IMG/VR virus record: IMGVR_UViG_3300028862_000012
Span: 124,001 to 188,000 of that record
Direction: 5' to 3' (one strand)
Length of the DNA: 64,000 nt
A program made the position numbers and the translations under genes. A model generated the notes under the pieces. The model ran no database searches. It was not told the origin of the DNA and saw only the letters and a program-made list of their open reading frames with translations. Below are positions 41,854-51,739 of this stretch, one piece after another. The first letter of the stretch is position 1; each line of letters starts with the position of its first letter.

Positions 41854-44015
41854 TGGGTGGAGTATGGGATTTTACGAAAGGTGGATTATCGTTTCAGCAA
41901 GAGCAAGCAATAGCCTTAAATACATTTGTCCGTCATTCTCATACAAATAAGCTAATACTCGACAATACTGAAGCTTCTTATACTTCTGCTGAAAAAATAA
42001 AATTAGGAAATTTAACAGACTCTTTTAAGGGTGTATTTAGTAATCAAGCATCAATAGTAGCGGCTTATCCCACACCATCTTCAGGATGGAGTGCTTGGAA
42101 TTCAGCAACCAGTACAATATGGGCAGTAAGTAATTCCGCTTGGATAAATTCTGGAATAGCTTCTATAGGTAATATGCTTCAAACTGTTTATGATCCTCAA
42201 TCAATAGGTAAAGACTCATTTAGTAGAGCAAATCATACAGGTAGTCAATTAATTTCTACTATAACAAACTTAGGAAGCGCAAGTGTTGATTCGTCAGGAA
42301 GCTTATCATTACCTTCTAATTTAACTGTTACATCAAAAATAACTTCTTCCAGTTTAGTTTCTTCAAATTTAATTTTAGGAAATGCTTCTACTTCAACACA
42401 TACTTTGCACATACAGGGAATTAATAATGGTGTTGCTGGTATATATTTATCAGATGCCGTTCCTAGTAGTGTTAGTTATTCATTATATAATGATAGTGGC
42501 ACTTTAAAATGGAATGGAACTGCTATAGGAATGGGATCAAGTATATCAGGTACAACCAGATATATAGGTTTATTTACTGCCTCAAATGCTATTGGTGCTT
42601 CTGGTATATATCAAGATGCAAATAATAATATTGGTATTGGAACTATTACCCCCGGAGCAAAACTTGGTGTAAAAGTTGGTACAAATCAAGATTTTTCTGT
42701 TACGAGTACAAACGGAGTATTAAATTTACAATCTGTAAATGATGCATGGGACATATATAAACCTTTATATATTGATGGTAGCACCATTGCGTTTAATGCT
42801 AATGGTGGAGGGTATGTAGGAATTGGAACGACAAATCCCTTAGCCAGATTAAATATTAATGATGGTGGATCTTCCTCACTTTTACTTGGTGATAATGTTA
42901 CCACTGGCAAATCAGCTTTTGCTATAAGTTTATCTTCTGCTACTAATGGTTATACTAGTTTACAAGCTATTTCTGCTGGTGGTTCTAGTTATGGAAATAT
43001 CATACTTAATACCTTAGGAGGAAACGTCGGCATTGGAACAATTAGTCCTGATGCTAAACTTAGTGTGAATGGCAGTATATCAACAATGACTTCTGTTGCG
43101 GGTATTGCTGGATCACAAACTCTTGGTGATATAAACTTGGCTGTAGATACTGGTGATGCTGGACATCGTACTCGTGTCTTTGCATTTAGTAATTCATCAG
43201 ATTTAGTAGCATTTGGTTATATGGATACTATTACTGAATCAGGAGGAGCATCTTCTGTTGTGTTTGGTTCTGGATTTGGAGGTGCTGGAGACGTTCTTTA
43301 TATTAATAACAAGAGTGGTAATGTTGGTATTGGAACAACGAGTCCTCCTTGTTCATTAACATTAGGTGATTCTTCTTGTGGAACATGGGATAGTAATTAT
43401 AGAGTAATAGATCTACTTGGTTGTGGTACTATATTGGGAAGTCATAATAGTACTGGTTGGTCTGGAACAGGGTATGGCCAGACAGCTTGGGCAAACAATA
43501 CATATTATAATGGAACAAGCAAAGCAATAGGTACTGGTGCTGCAAGTTCAATATTACAAGGTACAGGGCAAATTGAATTTCAAGTTGCTCCATCCGTGTC
43601 TGCTAGTGCTACTCAAACATTCATTTCTGCTATGCATATCAATAATTCTGGTTATGTAGGTATTGGAACAAATAGTCCATTACAGCCATTGCATGTAGCA
43701 TGGGCCGATCAAAGTCACTCAAGAATAAGAATTCAAAACACCAATAGTGCTGATGGTGGAAGACCCTTTGAATTAGTAGCTGGGATTAATACCGTAAGTC
43801 AAAGTGGGTTTAGTATTTATGATGCCAGTGCTTTAGCAACAAGATTAGTTATAGATAATAATGGCAGAGTGGGGATTGGTACTATATCCCCCACTTCGCC
43901 CCTACAGGTCATAGGTGTTTCAGTATTCGCCGACAACGCCGCCGCAACCACCGGAGGCCTTACCGCCGGAGCCTTTTACCGGACATCGACTGGTCAGTTA
44001 ATGTGTGTTTATTAA
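41853..44015 (+). CDS. tail fibre-like protein
   Basis: Gly/Ser/Thr-rich, repeated GNVGIGTxSP-type units (six copies seen), C-terminal FADNAAATTGGLTAGAFYRT tip motif. Confidence 0.75.
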   Translation: MGGVWDFTKGGLSFQQEQAIALNTFVRHSHTNKLILDNTEASYTSAEKIKLGNLTDSFKGVFSNQASIVAAYPTPSSGWSAWNSATSTIWAVSNSAWINSGIASIGNMLQTVYDPQSIGKDSFSRANHTGSQLISTITNLGSASVDSSGSLSLPSNLTVTSKITSSSLVSSNLILGNASTSTHTLHIQGINNGVAGIYLSDAVPSSVSYSLYNDSGTLKWNGTAIGMGSSISGTTRYIGLFTASNAIGASGIYQDANNNIGIGTITPGAKLGVKVGTNQDFSVTSTNGVLNLQSVNDAWDIYKPLYIDGSTIAFNANGGGYVGIGTTNPLARLNINDGGSSSLLLGDNVTTGKSAFAISLSSATNGYTSLQAISAGGSSYGNIILNTLGGNVGIGTISPDAKLSVNGSISTMTSVAGIAGSQTLGDINLAVDTGDAGHRTRVFAFSNSSDLVAFGYMDTITESGGASSVVFGSGFGGAGDVLYINNKSGNVGIGTTSPPCSLTLGDSSCGTWDSNYRVIDLLGCGTILGSHNSTGWSGTGYGQTAWANNTYYNGTSKAIGTGAASSILQGTGQIEFQVAPSVSASATQTFISAMHINNSGYVGIGTNSPLQPLHVAWADQSHSRIRIQNTNSADGGRPFELVAGINTVSQSGFSIYDASALATRLVIDNNGRVGIGTISPTSPLQVIGVSVFADNAAATTGGLTAGAFYRTSTGQLMCVY

Positions 44016-44064
44016 ATTATTTTAGTTTTTAACTATTATAGTATAAGTATTTTAAGGAGACCGT

Positions 44065-44298
44065 ATGAAGTTTACAGTAGATAGTGAAGCGAAAAAGGCA
44101 TTACAGGACTTGTGTGATATTGCATTAAAGACAGGCGGAATTCAGAACTTAGTTGCAGTACAAGTTATTTTATCAAATGTTCAGGATATAGAAAAAGTTG
44201 ATAATACTGAAAAAGAAACTGATAAAAATTTAGATAAAAAGAGTTCAAATAAAAAGAGTTCGGATACAAGTTTAGATAAAAAAGAAGTAGCTAAGTAA
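44065..44298 (+). CDS. small hypothetical protein
   Basis: preceded by TAACTATTATA (44030-44040) and RBS AAGGAG. Confidence 0.6.
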   Translation: MKFTVDSEAKKALQDLCDIALKTGGIQNLVAVQVILSNVQDIEKVDNTEKETDKNLDKKSSNKKSSDTSLDKKEVAK

Positions 44299-44311
44299 TT
44301 TAGAGGTAGTA

Positions 44312-45541
44312 ATGACAGGACTTTGGGATGCAGGGAATAGCTCTTTAGATTATACAATAGTTGGAAATTGGAACGCAAATACTAATTCTCCTAATTTAGA
44401 TGTTGTATCTACAATAGGAAATGCTTATATAGTTTCTACGGCTGGCACTCATACTCTTGGAACTATATCAAATTGGAATGTTAATGATGTTGCTTTGAAA
44501 ATATCTACAGGATGGGCTATTTTATCTAATAGATTTTCATTAGTTACTAATTATTTATATGTAGGAAAGCATGGTAGTGATACAGCAGGAAATGGTTCAG
44601 TAGAGAAACCTTTTTTAACAATTCAGAAAGCAATAAGTGTAGCTACAGCAGGTACAACTATTTTTGTATGGCCGGGAGCTTATACAGAAAACCTAGCATT
44701 AAAAGCAGGAGTAAACTTAGTAGCTCCTGCAAAGTTTTCGGTAACAGTTATAGGAACTGCTTCTACTGGAATTACAGGAACAGTTTATTTAGAGAAAATA
44801 ATTTTTAGAAATTCAACTGGCTATGCTCTAAATTTTAGTGGAACTACTGCTCAAAATATACAGGCTTTAATGTGTAACTTTGAGTCAGCAACAGGAAATG
44901 GATATGATGCTGTTAATTATTCAAATTCAAATGCATCCAGTAAATTATTTATGACTGATAGTGTAGTAACTACTTATACTTCTACAACGGCTAAAGCATT
45001 AAATGTTGTAGCTGGTTCTGCTGGAAGTATTATAATGGCAAATACTACAGTTCAGTTAGTAGATAATCCTAATCATGTGGCTATTTATCTTGGTGGATCA
45101 GTTAGCTATACTCATACAATGGATGCAATAATAGGACAAGTAGTTACTGCTAATACTTCACATTTCACAGCGGCTATGTTAACTGTTACTACTTTAAGTG
45201 TCCCTACTTTAGTACATAATTCCACTTTTACAATGCCTAGTATGCTATCAAGTATTGTAACTACAACAACTTCAACACCTGCTATAACAGGTTCAGGATT
45301 ATTAACGTATGCGGCGGCTTTTTATGCAGGTACAGGAAGTGGAGGAGCGGCTACTTTAAATAATGGATTAGGCCCTTTACCTTTTGATATGGCTTCTATA
45401 AAGTTTAGGACTCAAGCAGGACTACTACCTAATACTGCTTTAGCTTTAGGATATTTAAATGGAGTTCTTGAATTTACCTCTTCTGGATTATATTTTAGTA
45501 TTGGAACAACCAGATATAAATTAAGTATGACTGCTGTATAA
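44312..45541 (+). CDS. tail/spike-like beta-helix protein (DUF1565-like start)
   Basis: YVGKHGSDTAGNGSVEKPFLTIQKAI..GTTIFVWPGAYTE followed by Thr/Ser-rich beta repeats. Confidence 0.65.
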   Translation: MTGLWDAGNSSLDYTIVGNWNANTNSPNLDVVSTIGNAYIVSTAGTHTLGTISNWNVNDVALKISTGWAILSNRFSLVTNYLYVGKHGSDTAGNGSVEKPFLTIQKAISVATAGTTIFVWPGAYTENLALKAGVNLVAPAKFSVTVIGTASTGITGTVYLEKIIFRNSTGYALNFSGTTAQNIQALMCNFESATGNGYDAVNYSNSNASSKLFMTDSVVTTYTSTTAKALNVVAGSAGSIIMANTTVQLVDNPNHVAIYLGGSVSYTHTMDAIIGQVVTANTSHFTAAMLTVTTLSVPTLVHNSTFTMPSMLSSIVTTTTSTPAITGSGLLTYAAAFYAGTGSGGAATLNNGLGPLPFDMASIKFRTQAGLLPNTALALGYLNGVLEFTSSGLYFSIGTTRYKLSMTAV

Positions 45542-45735
45542 CAAGTGATGTATACTTTTTATCTTTCAGAAAGTGAAATTAAACAAATAATTTCTTCCTT
45601 AATACTTTCTAAAGATAAAGAGTTAATAAAACTCTTATTAGAACAAATAAATAAAATAGACTTATCTGATAAGGAAATAGATATTATTATTGACAGCATT
45701 GTAGACATATGATAAAATAATATTGAGGTTTTTAT

Positions 45736-46392
45736 ATGCTTAAAAATATAGTAATTGGCGATATTCATGGTCGCAGTGATTGGAAGAAATATATAAAAGA
45801 AGAATTTGATAATTTTTATTTTGTAGGAGATTATTTTGATTCCAGAGATGGATTTTCTATTATAGATCAAATTACAAATTTTAGAGAAATCTGTAAAGTA
45901 GTCAGAAAAGATTCACGATTTCATCTTTGTCTAGGAAATCATTGCCATCAATATCTTAGAGGACTAGAACCAGATTATTATTTAAGTTGTAGTGGCGCTC
46001 AATTTTCTGCTCGATTTGATATACAAGAAGTACTTGAAGCTAATATGGACTTAATTAAAATAGTATATCAAATTGACGATACACTTATCTCTCATGCTGG
46101 AATCAGTAATAGCTTTATGAAAGTTTTAAATCTTACTAATCCACTTGATATTAATAATCGATTTAATGAATATAGAACTTCTGTTGGTTGGAACGGCTAT
46201 GATCCAAAAGGTTATGGAAATAATAAGGACAATAGCTGTTTATGGATACGTCCAGAGGCATTATTGTCTGACAAATTGACTGGCTATAAGCAAATAGTAG
46301 GGCATACTCATTTTGATATTATCACTACTATCGATGGTATTACTTTTACAGATAACAATAATAAAGAGGTCTATAGATTTTTATCTATATAA
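45736..46392 (+). CDS. calcineurin-like metallophosphoesterase
   Basis: IGDIHG, VGDYFDS, LGNH, SHAG, LWIRP, VGHT. Confidence 0.9.
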   Translation: MLKNIVIGDIHGRSDWKKYIKEEFDNFYFVGDYFDSRDGFSIIDQITNFREICKVVRKDSRFHLCLGNHCHQYLRGLEPDYYLSCSGAQFSARFDIQEVLEANMDLIKIVYQIDDTLISHAGISNSFMKVLNLTNPLDINNRFNEYRTSVGWNGYDPKGYGNNKDNSCLWIRPEALLSDKLTGYKQIVGHTHFDIITTIDGITFTDNNNKEVYRFLSI

Positions 46393-46471
46393 AATTATTG
46401 TAATTGTGAAATATTTCACAGCAAAATAGCTATTTTCAGCTTAGTTGTATTTAATATTTTCATATTATTAG

Positions 46472-46500
46472 TTGACATAAATCTATTATAGGTATATAAT
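46472..46500 (+). promoter_or_regulatory. consensus sigma70 promoter TTGACA-17-TATAAT
   Basis: perfect match; points through three small ORFs toward the type IV-B operon. Confidence 0.85.
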
Positions 46501-46506
46501 TCTATT

Positions 46507-47144
46507 ATGAATATGAAGAGATTAACTATATCTACAGTTATACAAAAGAAATCGGTACAATATACTTTGCGAATATATACAAAAAATAAGGCTACTATAA
46601 CCTACCCCGAAATAGAGAATAAACAAGTACAATATTATCGGAAATCAATTACTAATGACTCTAATATTAAGACACTTGAACGTTTTTTCAGAATTCAAAG
46701 TTTAGTAATTGAAGATACAGTAACATTGCAAGATGTTATTGAAAGACTGTAAGGAGGTAATATGAAAAATCGGGGTTTTAAGAAAGGTGATTTTACTGTA
46801 TATGTAACTATAGGAAAAGATACAAAAGGTAATGATTCCTTTGTAGGGACAATGTATGATAAAACAGAAAAGCTTATTATGCCTGTCTATTCCACTATTT
46901 CACATTTTGATTGTGCATTGAAAGGAATAGCTTATATGCGAACATTAAATGATATGCCGAGTAACTACAAATTAAAGGTGGCAGTATGAAAGAAACAGAA
47001 ATTATAGAATTTAAAAATGATTCTTTAATTATTAAAGAAAACTTTTTAATAAACTCTAAATACAAAGATATTAAAGCACTGCGAGAGAAGACCAAAGATG
47101 AAGAGGATTATATGCCAGATACTAACGCTTTGTGCTTGCAGTAA
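46507..47144 (+). other. three small hypothetical genes (46507-46752, 46762-46989, 46986-47144)
   Basis: ORFs with RBS/ATGA coupling. Confidence 0.55.
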
Positions 47145-47263
47145 TGTTAGTATAAAGTGTGATCTTATACTGAACAGTGGAATTTATGTTAGAACGACAA
47201 ACAACCGTGTACCGGCCTTGCGGCCACTACACGGATAATTTGCGGGAAGAAAAGGAGGGAAGA

Positions 47264-48091
47264 TTGACAGCATCAGAATTATTTTCTGGGAATAAACATA
47301 ATCACGGCGATCACAACTGCTATTACTGTGGTGCATCGTGTGATGAACAATATAAAACCGCTGATTACGTAAAAGATACGTTTACCAATCGCGATATTGT
47401 GAAATATCCACAGTCGCAATTTGTTTGTGTCGGCTGCGTTGAATCTCTAGGGAATGGCGAAGACAAAATGCCGTTCATCGACGGGACGGTGAAAGTCAGA
47501 GAGAACGCGCGTGGTATGTGCCCGCGAATGTATTCGTGGATTTTATTTACAGATCATAAGCTCGCCGGAACAAAGGCCCATATAAAAGAATGGCGCGAGC
47601 TTTTAGCCAATCCTCCCGAACCGCCATTTGCAGTAATCCTTGCAGATTCCGGGCAGAAGCAGTTGATATTCCGTGCACCTATCGCAATGAGTAAAAAGTG
47701 TTTTTCAATTCTTCTTGAAGATGAATGTATCGAAGTAATTCCCGAACAGCTTGCAGAACGCCTTGAAATGTGTACACCGATTTGCGCGGCTCTTGGCAAA
47801 CCTGCACTGCAGGGAGAAATCTCTTTTTCATCTTATACCCGATATAACGAATATCATGGTGAAATTGAAACTCTTGAAAAATGGTTGGCCATTCGTGACC
47901 AGCCTTTGTCGCGCCTTGCGGCGTGGTTATCGCTATCAAAGGAGAATGCACAGAATGAGTATGCAAGTATTGAGTGCGGAAAAGTTCCGGCAGGAACTCG
48001 CGGGACTAGTGGACAAAAGCCGGACGATTCCAGAAATGGAACTCGGAGTAATCAAGGATCAGGCGGTCAGGTTCTGCTCGATCTTGGCTGA
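47264..48091 (+). CDS. csf1: type IV CRISPR large subunit Csf1 (Cas8-like)
   Basis: CYYCG...TFTNRDIVKYPQSQFVCVGC Zn motif, PPEPPFAVILADSGQKQL; TTG 47264 follows SD AAGGAGG (preferred over GTG 47177). Confidence 0.85.
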   Translation: MTASELFSGNKHNHGDHNCYYCGASCDEQYKTADYVKDTFTNRDIVKYPQSQFVCVGCVESLGNGEDKMPFIDGTVKVRENARGMCPRMYSWILFTDHKLAGTKAHIKEWRELLANPPEPPFAVILADSGQKQLIFRAPIAMSKKCFSILLEDECIEVIPEQLAERLEMCTPICAALGKPALQGEISFSSYTRYNEYHGEIETLEKWLAIRDQPLSRLAAWLSLSKENAQNEYASIECGKVPAGTRGTSGQKPDDSRNGTRSNQGSGGQVLLDLG

Positions 48092-48443
48092 GGTGTTCGG
48101 CGAAGACCTTGACCGGAAAACTTTATGGGAGCGTATCGGAAACGGCCTTATTGTCGCAGCTGCAAAATGCGGCGGCGACTGGGAGCTGTTCGTCAATGAG
48201 ATGCTCAAATACATTAAGGCAGAACCGGGAAAAGTAGCGGCGAATCGCGGGCTTGCGGCTTTCATCGACGAGATGCTTGTTCGCCCGAAAGAATGGCAAG
48301 AGCAGTTTGTCCGCGAATGCGAGGCAAAGCATATGTTCATTTGCGTCAAAGCGCGGATGCTCTGGAACTCACGAAAAACACCACAGGACAATCCCGATGC
48401 AGAAGATCGTTTGACCGGAGGTGCAGAAAATGGAACTAATTAA
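47955..48443 (+). CDS. cas11: type IV-B small subunit (Cas11-like)
   Basis: all-helical 162-aa ORF between csf1 and csf2, LWERI..G and ICVKAR.LW motifs; ATG 47955 follows SD AAGGAG. Confidence 0.7.
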   Translation: MSMQVLSAEKFRQELAGLVDKSRTIPEMELGVIKDQAVRFCSILAEVFGEDLDRKTLWERIGNGLIVAAAKCGGDWELFVNEMLKYIKAEPGKVAANRGLAAFIDEMLVRPKEWQEQFVRECEAKHMFICVKARMLWNSRKTPQDNPDAEDRLTGGAENGTN

Positions 48444-49386
48444 AAACTGCAAAATACATTGCCTTTCAACGGCATTATCTCCGATCACGCACATGATGGG
48501 AACCTCTGGGAATGAATCCGTCATCAACCGCGAATCAGTCCTGTTCAAAAATAAAATCAGACAGGTTCCGGTTCTGTCTGGCAACGCAATTCGTCACAAG
48601 ATGATACGCGATCCAGGCGGCCTCTACCTTATCAAAGAGTGCGGACTTGTCGGGAAGCTGAACATCGATCAAGCGAATTACCTACTGAATGGCGGTTCTC
48701 TGACAGAATCTTCGACAACGGAAAACCTTGGGCGTATTGCAGAAATGCAAACACTCATGCCGCTCACCCGACTGCTCGGAGGATCACTACGAAATCAGGT
48801 TATCGGTGGATCTCTGTTTGTTCTTCGAGGGCTTTTGGTCTGCGAGGAAAACAGAAGCCAGATTCAGAAACAACTTCCAGAAGGCTACGAACTTCCTGAA
48901 CAGGCATTGCGTTCGGCGGAAGATTTCATCGATCAATATCAGTACACCCGCGGAGATGCGCAAAAACGGAACGACGCTGATCTTATGCTTGAAGAAAAAT
49001 CCGATGACGTAAAATCAAATCTTATGATTTACAACGGACAGGATGTAATTCCCGGTTCTGTTTTCTATCATGGGTTCACCTTACAGAATATTTCACCGAT
49101 CGAAGTAGGGGCATTGCTCCATTCGCTTATTCAGTGGGATGCAGCGGGCGGATTTATCGGAGGTCAATCACGCATAGGACATGGAAAACTCAAGATGTCG
49201 ATTTTCTTCGAGGACGGAGACGACTTCATGGGAAATGAACTCAATCCGGCTGATATCGTGAAAATGTATATCGACCACGTACACGCGAATGCAGAAAAAA
49301 TTGCGCAATGGCTCGATGATACATTCCCGAACAAAGGGAAAAAAGCGGACGCGAAAAAACTTGCTGAAGGAGCGCTCGGCTTATGA
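48430..49386 (+). CDS. csf2: type IV CRISPR backbone Csf2 (Cas7-like)
   Basis: TALSPITH, VPVLSGNAIRHKMIR, LLNGGSL, RLLGGS, YQYTRGD, MIYNGQDVIPGS, Gly-rich loop IGGQSRIGHG. Confidence 0.9.
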   Translation: MELIKNCKIHCLSTALSPITHMMGTSGNESVINRESVLFKNKIRQVPVLSGNAIRHKMIRDPGGLYLIKECGLVGKLNIDQANYLLNGGSLTESSTTENLGRIAEMQTLMPLTRLLGGSLRNQVIGGSLFVLRGLLVCEENRSQIQKQLPEGYELPEQALRSAEDFIDQYQYTRGDAQKRNDADLMLEEKSDDVKSNLMIYNGQDVIPGSVFYHGFTLQNISPIEVGALLHSLIQWDAAGGFIGGQSRIGHGKLKMSIFFEDGDDFMGNELNPADIVKMYIDHVHANAEKIAQWLDDTFPNKGKKADAKKLAEGALGL

Positions 49387-50063
49387 TAAAGAACTGGAAA
49401 GTCACCGCATGGCTTTCCAGCCCTTTGGCTGGAGAACCCCCACAGTTTGACGCAATACTCGGATGGGAACTTGCGCGTCGGCTTGGGTATAAACATTGCC
49501 GAAAGCTTACAAGAGATACGCCGTTGAGCGATATTCAAAATCCGCCGATCCCACTTGCGCAGCGTACTATTTCAGGCGTTGACGTGTTCTGCTGTTCAGC
49601 GCCGATACTTCCCGAGCCTCATGATGAATGGGTTGAGAGAATATCAAAGCGGATTGACACCGACGAAATAGCCTTGCTTCTTGCGCCTGAGTTCCGCAAG
49701 TCTCTGCTTGTAGCATCTGGCCCGTATAAGATGCGGTATGTTCCTGAGCGGATTCGCCTTATTGATTGCGTATGCTGGTTTGTACGTGGAGATAGAAAAG
49801 AAATACACAAGCTAGTAAAATCAGTCTATGCGATTGGGAAGCATCGTAATATTGGGTATGGTCAGGTTGAAGATTGGACGTTTGAAGAAACTGAAGAAGA
49901 TTATTCCATCTCTGCATTACGTCAAGGCAAGCCGGTGCTTATGAAAATAATTCCGTTCGGAAGCGAATGTCAAAATATGACTGGATACAAACATTCTTTC
50001 GGCGCGGCGAATATGCCGTATTGGCATCCGGAGAATTATCGGGAGATTGCTTCTCCATGTTGA
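49383..50063 (+). CDS. csf3: type IV CRISPR Csf3 (Cas5-like)
   Basis: WKVTAWLSSPL...FDAILGW, PIPL, WFVRGD, IGKHRNIGYGQVEDW, PYWHP. Confidence 0.85.
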   Translation: MIKNWKVTAWLSSPLAGEPPQFDAILGWELARRLGYKHCRKLTRDTPLSDIQNPPIPLAQRTISGVDVFCCSAPILPEPHDEWVERISKRIDTDEIALLLAPEFRKSLLVASGPYKMRYVPERIRLIDCVCWFVRGDRKEIHKLVKSVYAIGKHRNIGYGQVEDWTFEETEEDYSISALRQGKPVLMKIIPFGSECQNMTGYKHSFGAANMPYWHPENYREIASPC

Positions 50064-50344
50064 TTGACAAGAAGATAATATTTAGAGCCGGGACGGATAC
50101 GAAAGAATTATATTTATGTGTTGCGGCTCTAAATAAATATCTTGTAGAAAACGAGATAAGATCAAACGATAGAGAACGGACATACAACGTCCACAACAAC
50201 ACGAAAGAAATATACATACGTGAGAGAAGTAAAAGTATTTTTGTGAGGTATAAAAAATTAAAAGAACCGAAAGCGCGAGCGCGAAAAGATAAACAGTTAA
50301 CGAGAGAAACTACAAACAGTACATATGGAGATGGTAGGTGTTAA
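50057..50344 (+). CDS. small basic hypothetical protein inside the cas operon
   Basis: ATG 50057 overlaps csf3 stop, stop overlaps cysH-like start; 95 aa. Confidence 0.55.
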   Translation: MLIDKKIIFRAGTDTKELYLCVAALNKYLVENEIRSNDRERTYNVHNNTKEIYIRERSKSIFVRYKKLKEPKARARKDKQLTRETTNSTYGDGRC

Positions 50345-51033
50345 TAATAACAGATCGTCATACAGAAAAAGATTTGAAACTTTGGAAAGAGTATAAGGAG
50401 ATTGATAAAATATCAACATACTCTGAAAAGAAAATAGAGCTTGCAAAAAAATCTATCAATGAGTTTTCATGTAAACATATTGATACTGTTATATATACGT
50501 CATGGGGAAAGGATTCGATTATTCTTCTTCATCTTGTCGCGCTAATGGAATTAAAATATCCGGTTGTATATGTACGTTTTAATGACCGCGATAATCCAGA
50601 TTGTGAATTAGTTCGCGATGCGTTTCTGAAGAAATACAATATTGATTATCACGAGGAATATTTTGATTATAAACGCGTTCGTGCAAAAGATTTGCACTGG
50701 AAAGAAACGGCTAATAAATATGGGCATCATAGAATTACCGGAATAAGAAACGATGAATCAGGGCGTCGATTATTGAACTGGAAAAAATACGGCTTCTTTT
50801 CAGAAAATACTTGTCGCCCATTATCATTGCTTACAAACAAAGAAGTATTCGCATATATTTATCATAATGATTTACCGCTATGCCCTGTATATGGATACCT
50901 CGGAGGTGGAAGATGGCCACGTGAAAACATACGAACTCATTCACTCGCAGGTTCAAGTGCGGATGGTTTCGGACGAACGGAATGGGAGTTCGAATATTAT
51001 CCTGATATTTTGAACAGAATTAAGAGTTTCTAA
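50338..51033 (+). CDS. cysH: CysH/PAPS-reductase-like protein (type IV-B associated)
   Basis: PP-loop TSWGKDS, ITGIRNDESGRR, CRPLSLLTNKEVFAYI..NDLPLCPVY. Confidence 0.85.
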   Translation: MLIITDRHTEKDLKLWKEYKEIDKISTYSEKKIELAKKSINEFSCKHIDTVIYTSWGKDSIILLHLVALMELKYPVVYVRFNDRDNPDCELVRDAFLKKYNIDYHEEYFDYKRVRAKDLHWKETANKYGHHRITGIRNDESGRRLLNWKKYGFFSENTCRPLSLLTNKEVFAYIYHNDLPLCPVYGYLGGGRWPRENIRTHSLAGSSADGFGRTEWEFEYYPDILNRIKSF

Positions 51034-51037
51034 TAAC

Positions 51038-51076
51038 TGGTTCCACCTGACAATCTTGCGGATTGCAGGTGAACCA
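51038..51076 (+). repeat. bulged hairpin after cysH-like gene
   Basis: TGGTT/AACCA, CACCTG/CAGGTG, CAATC/GATTG, loop TTGCG. Confidence 0.75.
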
Positions 51077-51092
51077 AGTGTTAGGTTGACGC

Positions 51093-51130
51093 TCAATCCA
51101 TATAGCGCCAGTAGCTGCTATATGGATTGA
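51093..51130. terminator. 14-bp perfect hairpin
   Basis: TCAATCCATATAGC / GCTATATGGATTGA, followed by A-run rather than T-run. Confidence 0.6.
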
Positions 51131-51183
51131 CCGCAAAAAAGAGCGAAAAAGTGCATTTTTCTGCCTTTTTTTACATTATTTAG

Positions 51184-51212
51184 TTGACATAATATCTTGA
51201 TTGTAGTATGCT
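51184..51212 (+). promoter_or_regulatory. sigma70-type promoter TTGACA-17-TATGCT
   Basis: sequence match upstream of ORF 51285. Confidence 0.75.
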
Positions 51213-51284
51213 TTAATCAAGGTTGATAGTTAAGGCAACCAAATCTAAACGACCTACGGGCTGGTCAGTAAACCCGAAAAACAA

Positions 51285-51557
51285 ATGAAGCACGGAAAAC
51301 TTACCAGAGAACAGGCTATCGAAATCGCAGGATCAGAGATCGTCAAAAAGCTCGATTATGTTAACTGCGAACCCACAAGCCGGTTACAGTGCGACGGCGA
51401 CGACTCAACCGAGTACACCGCATCACTCAAGACCGCCAACGGCGAAACGCTTATTGCCTACTACTACACAACACCCGAGCAAGAGCAGACAATTGCAGAC
51501 GCAGACGCAGATGGTTCGGCGATAGACTGGGAAATCAACGGATACGAGGTTATTTGA
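51285..51557 (+). CDS. acidic hypothetical protein (island)
   Basis: 90-aa GC-rich ORF, TGATG-coupled to next gene. Confidence 0.7.
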   Translation: MKHGKLTREQAIEIAGSEIVKKLDYVNCEPTSRLQCDGDDSTEYTASLKTANGETLIAYYYTTPEQEQTIADADADGSAIDWEINGYEVI

Positions 51558-51739
51558 TGCAACACGGCGGCAAGCGAAATGGGGCGGGCCGCCGCCCTAT
51601 TTTTGAAAAAACAAAGCTGACCCAAATACGGGTAAATCAGGAAATCTGGGACGCTATCCCGGCACCAAAAGCGGCATGGGTTAGGGAAGCGATTGAAGAA
51701 AAAGCGAAAAAAAAGAACCTAACAACTGCCTTAACCTGA
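51557..51739 (+). CDS. ribbon-helix-helix-like DNA-binding protein with GGKRxGAGR hook
   Basis: MQHGGKRNGAGRRP..TQIRV..W...AAWVREAIEEK; ATG overlaps upstream TGA. Confidence 0.6.
   Translation: MQHGGKRNGAGRRPIFEKTKLTQIRVNQEIWDAIPAPKAAWVREAIEEKAKKKNLTTALT

Noticed and set aside
41853-44015. diversity-generating retroelement acting on the tail fibre
   Set aside because: no reverse transcriptase and no template/variable repeat pair in the window
47145-47175. attachment site or target duplication for the island
   Set aside because: no matching direct repeat found near 51745 and no integrase or transposase in the island
47177-47263. GTG 47177 as the csf1 start, and 47751 as the cas11 start
   Set aside because: strong SD sequences precede TTG 47264 and ATG 47955; the 47177-47263 extension covers the leader hairpin and the 47751 extension lies within csf1
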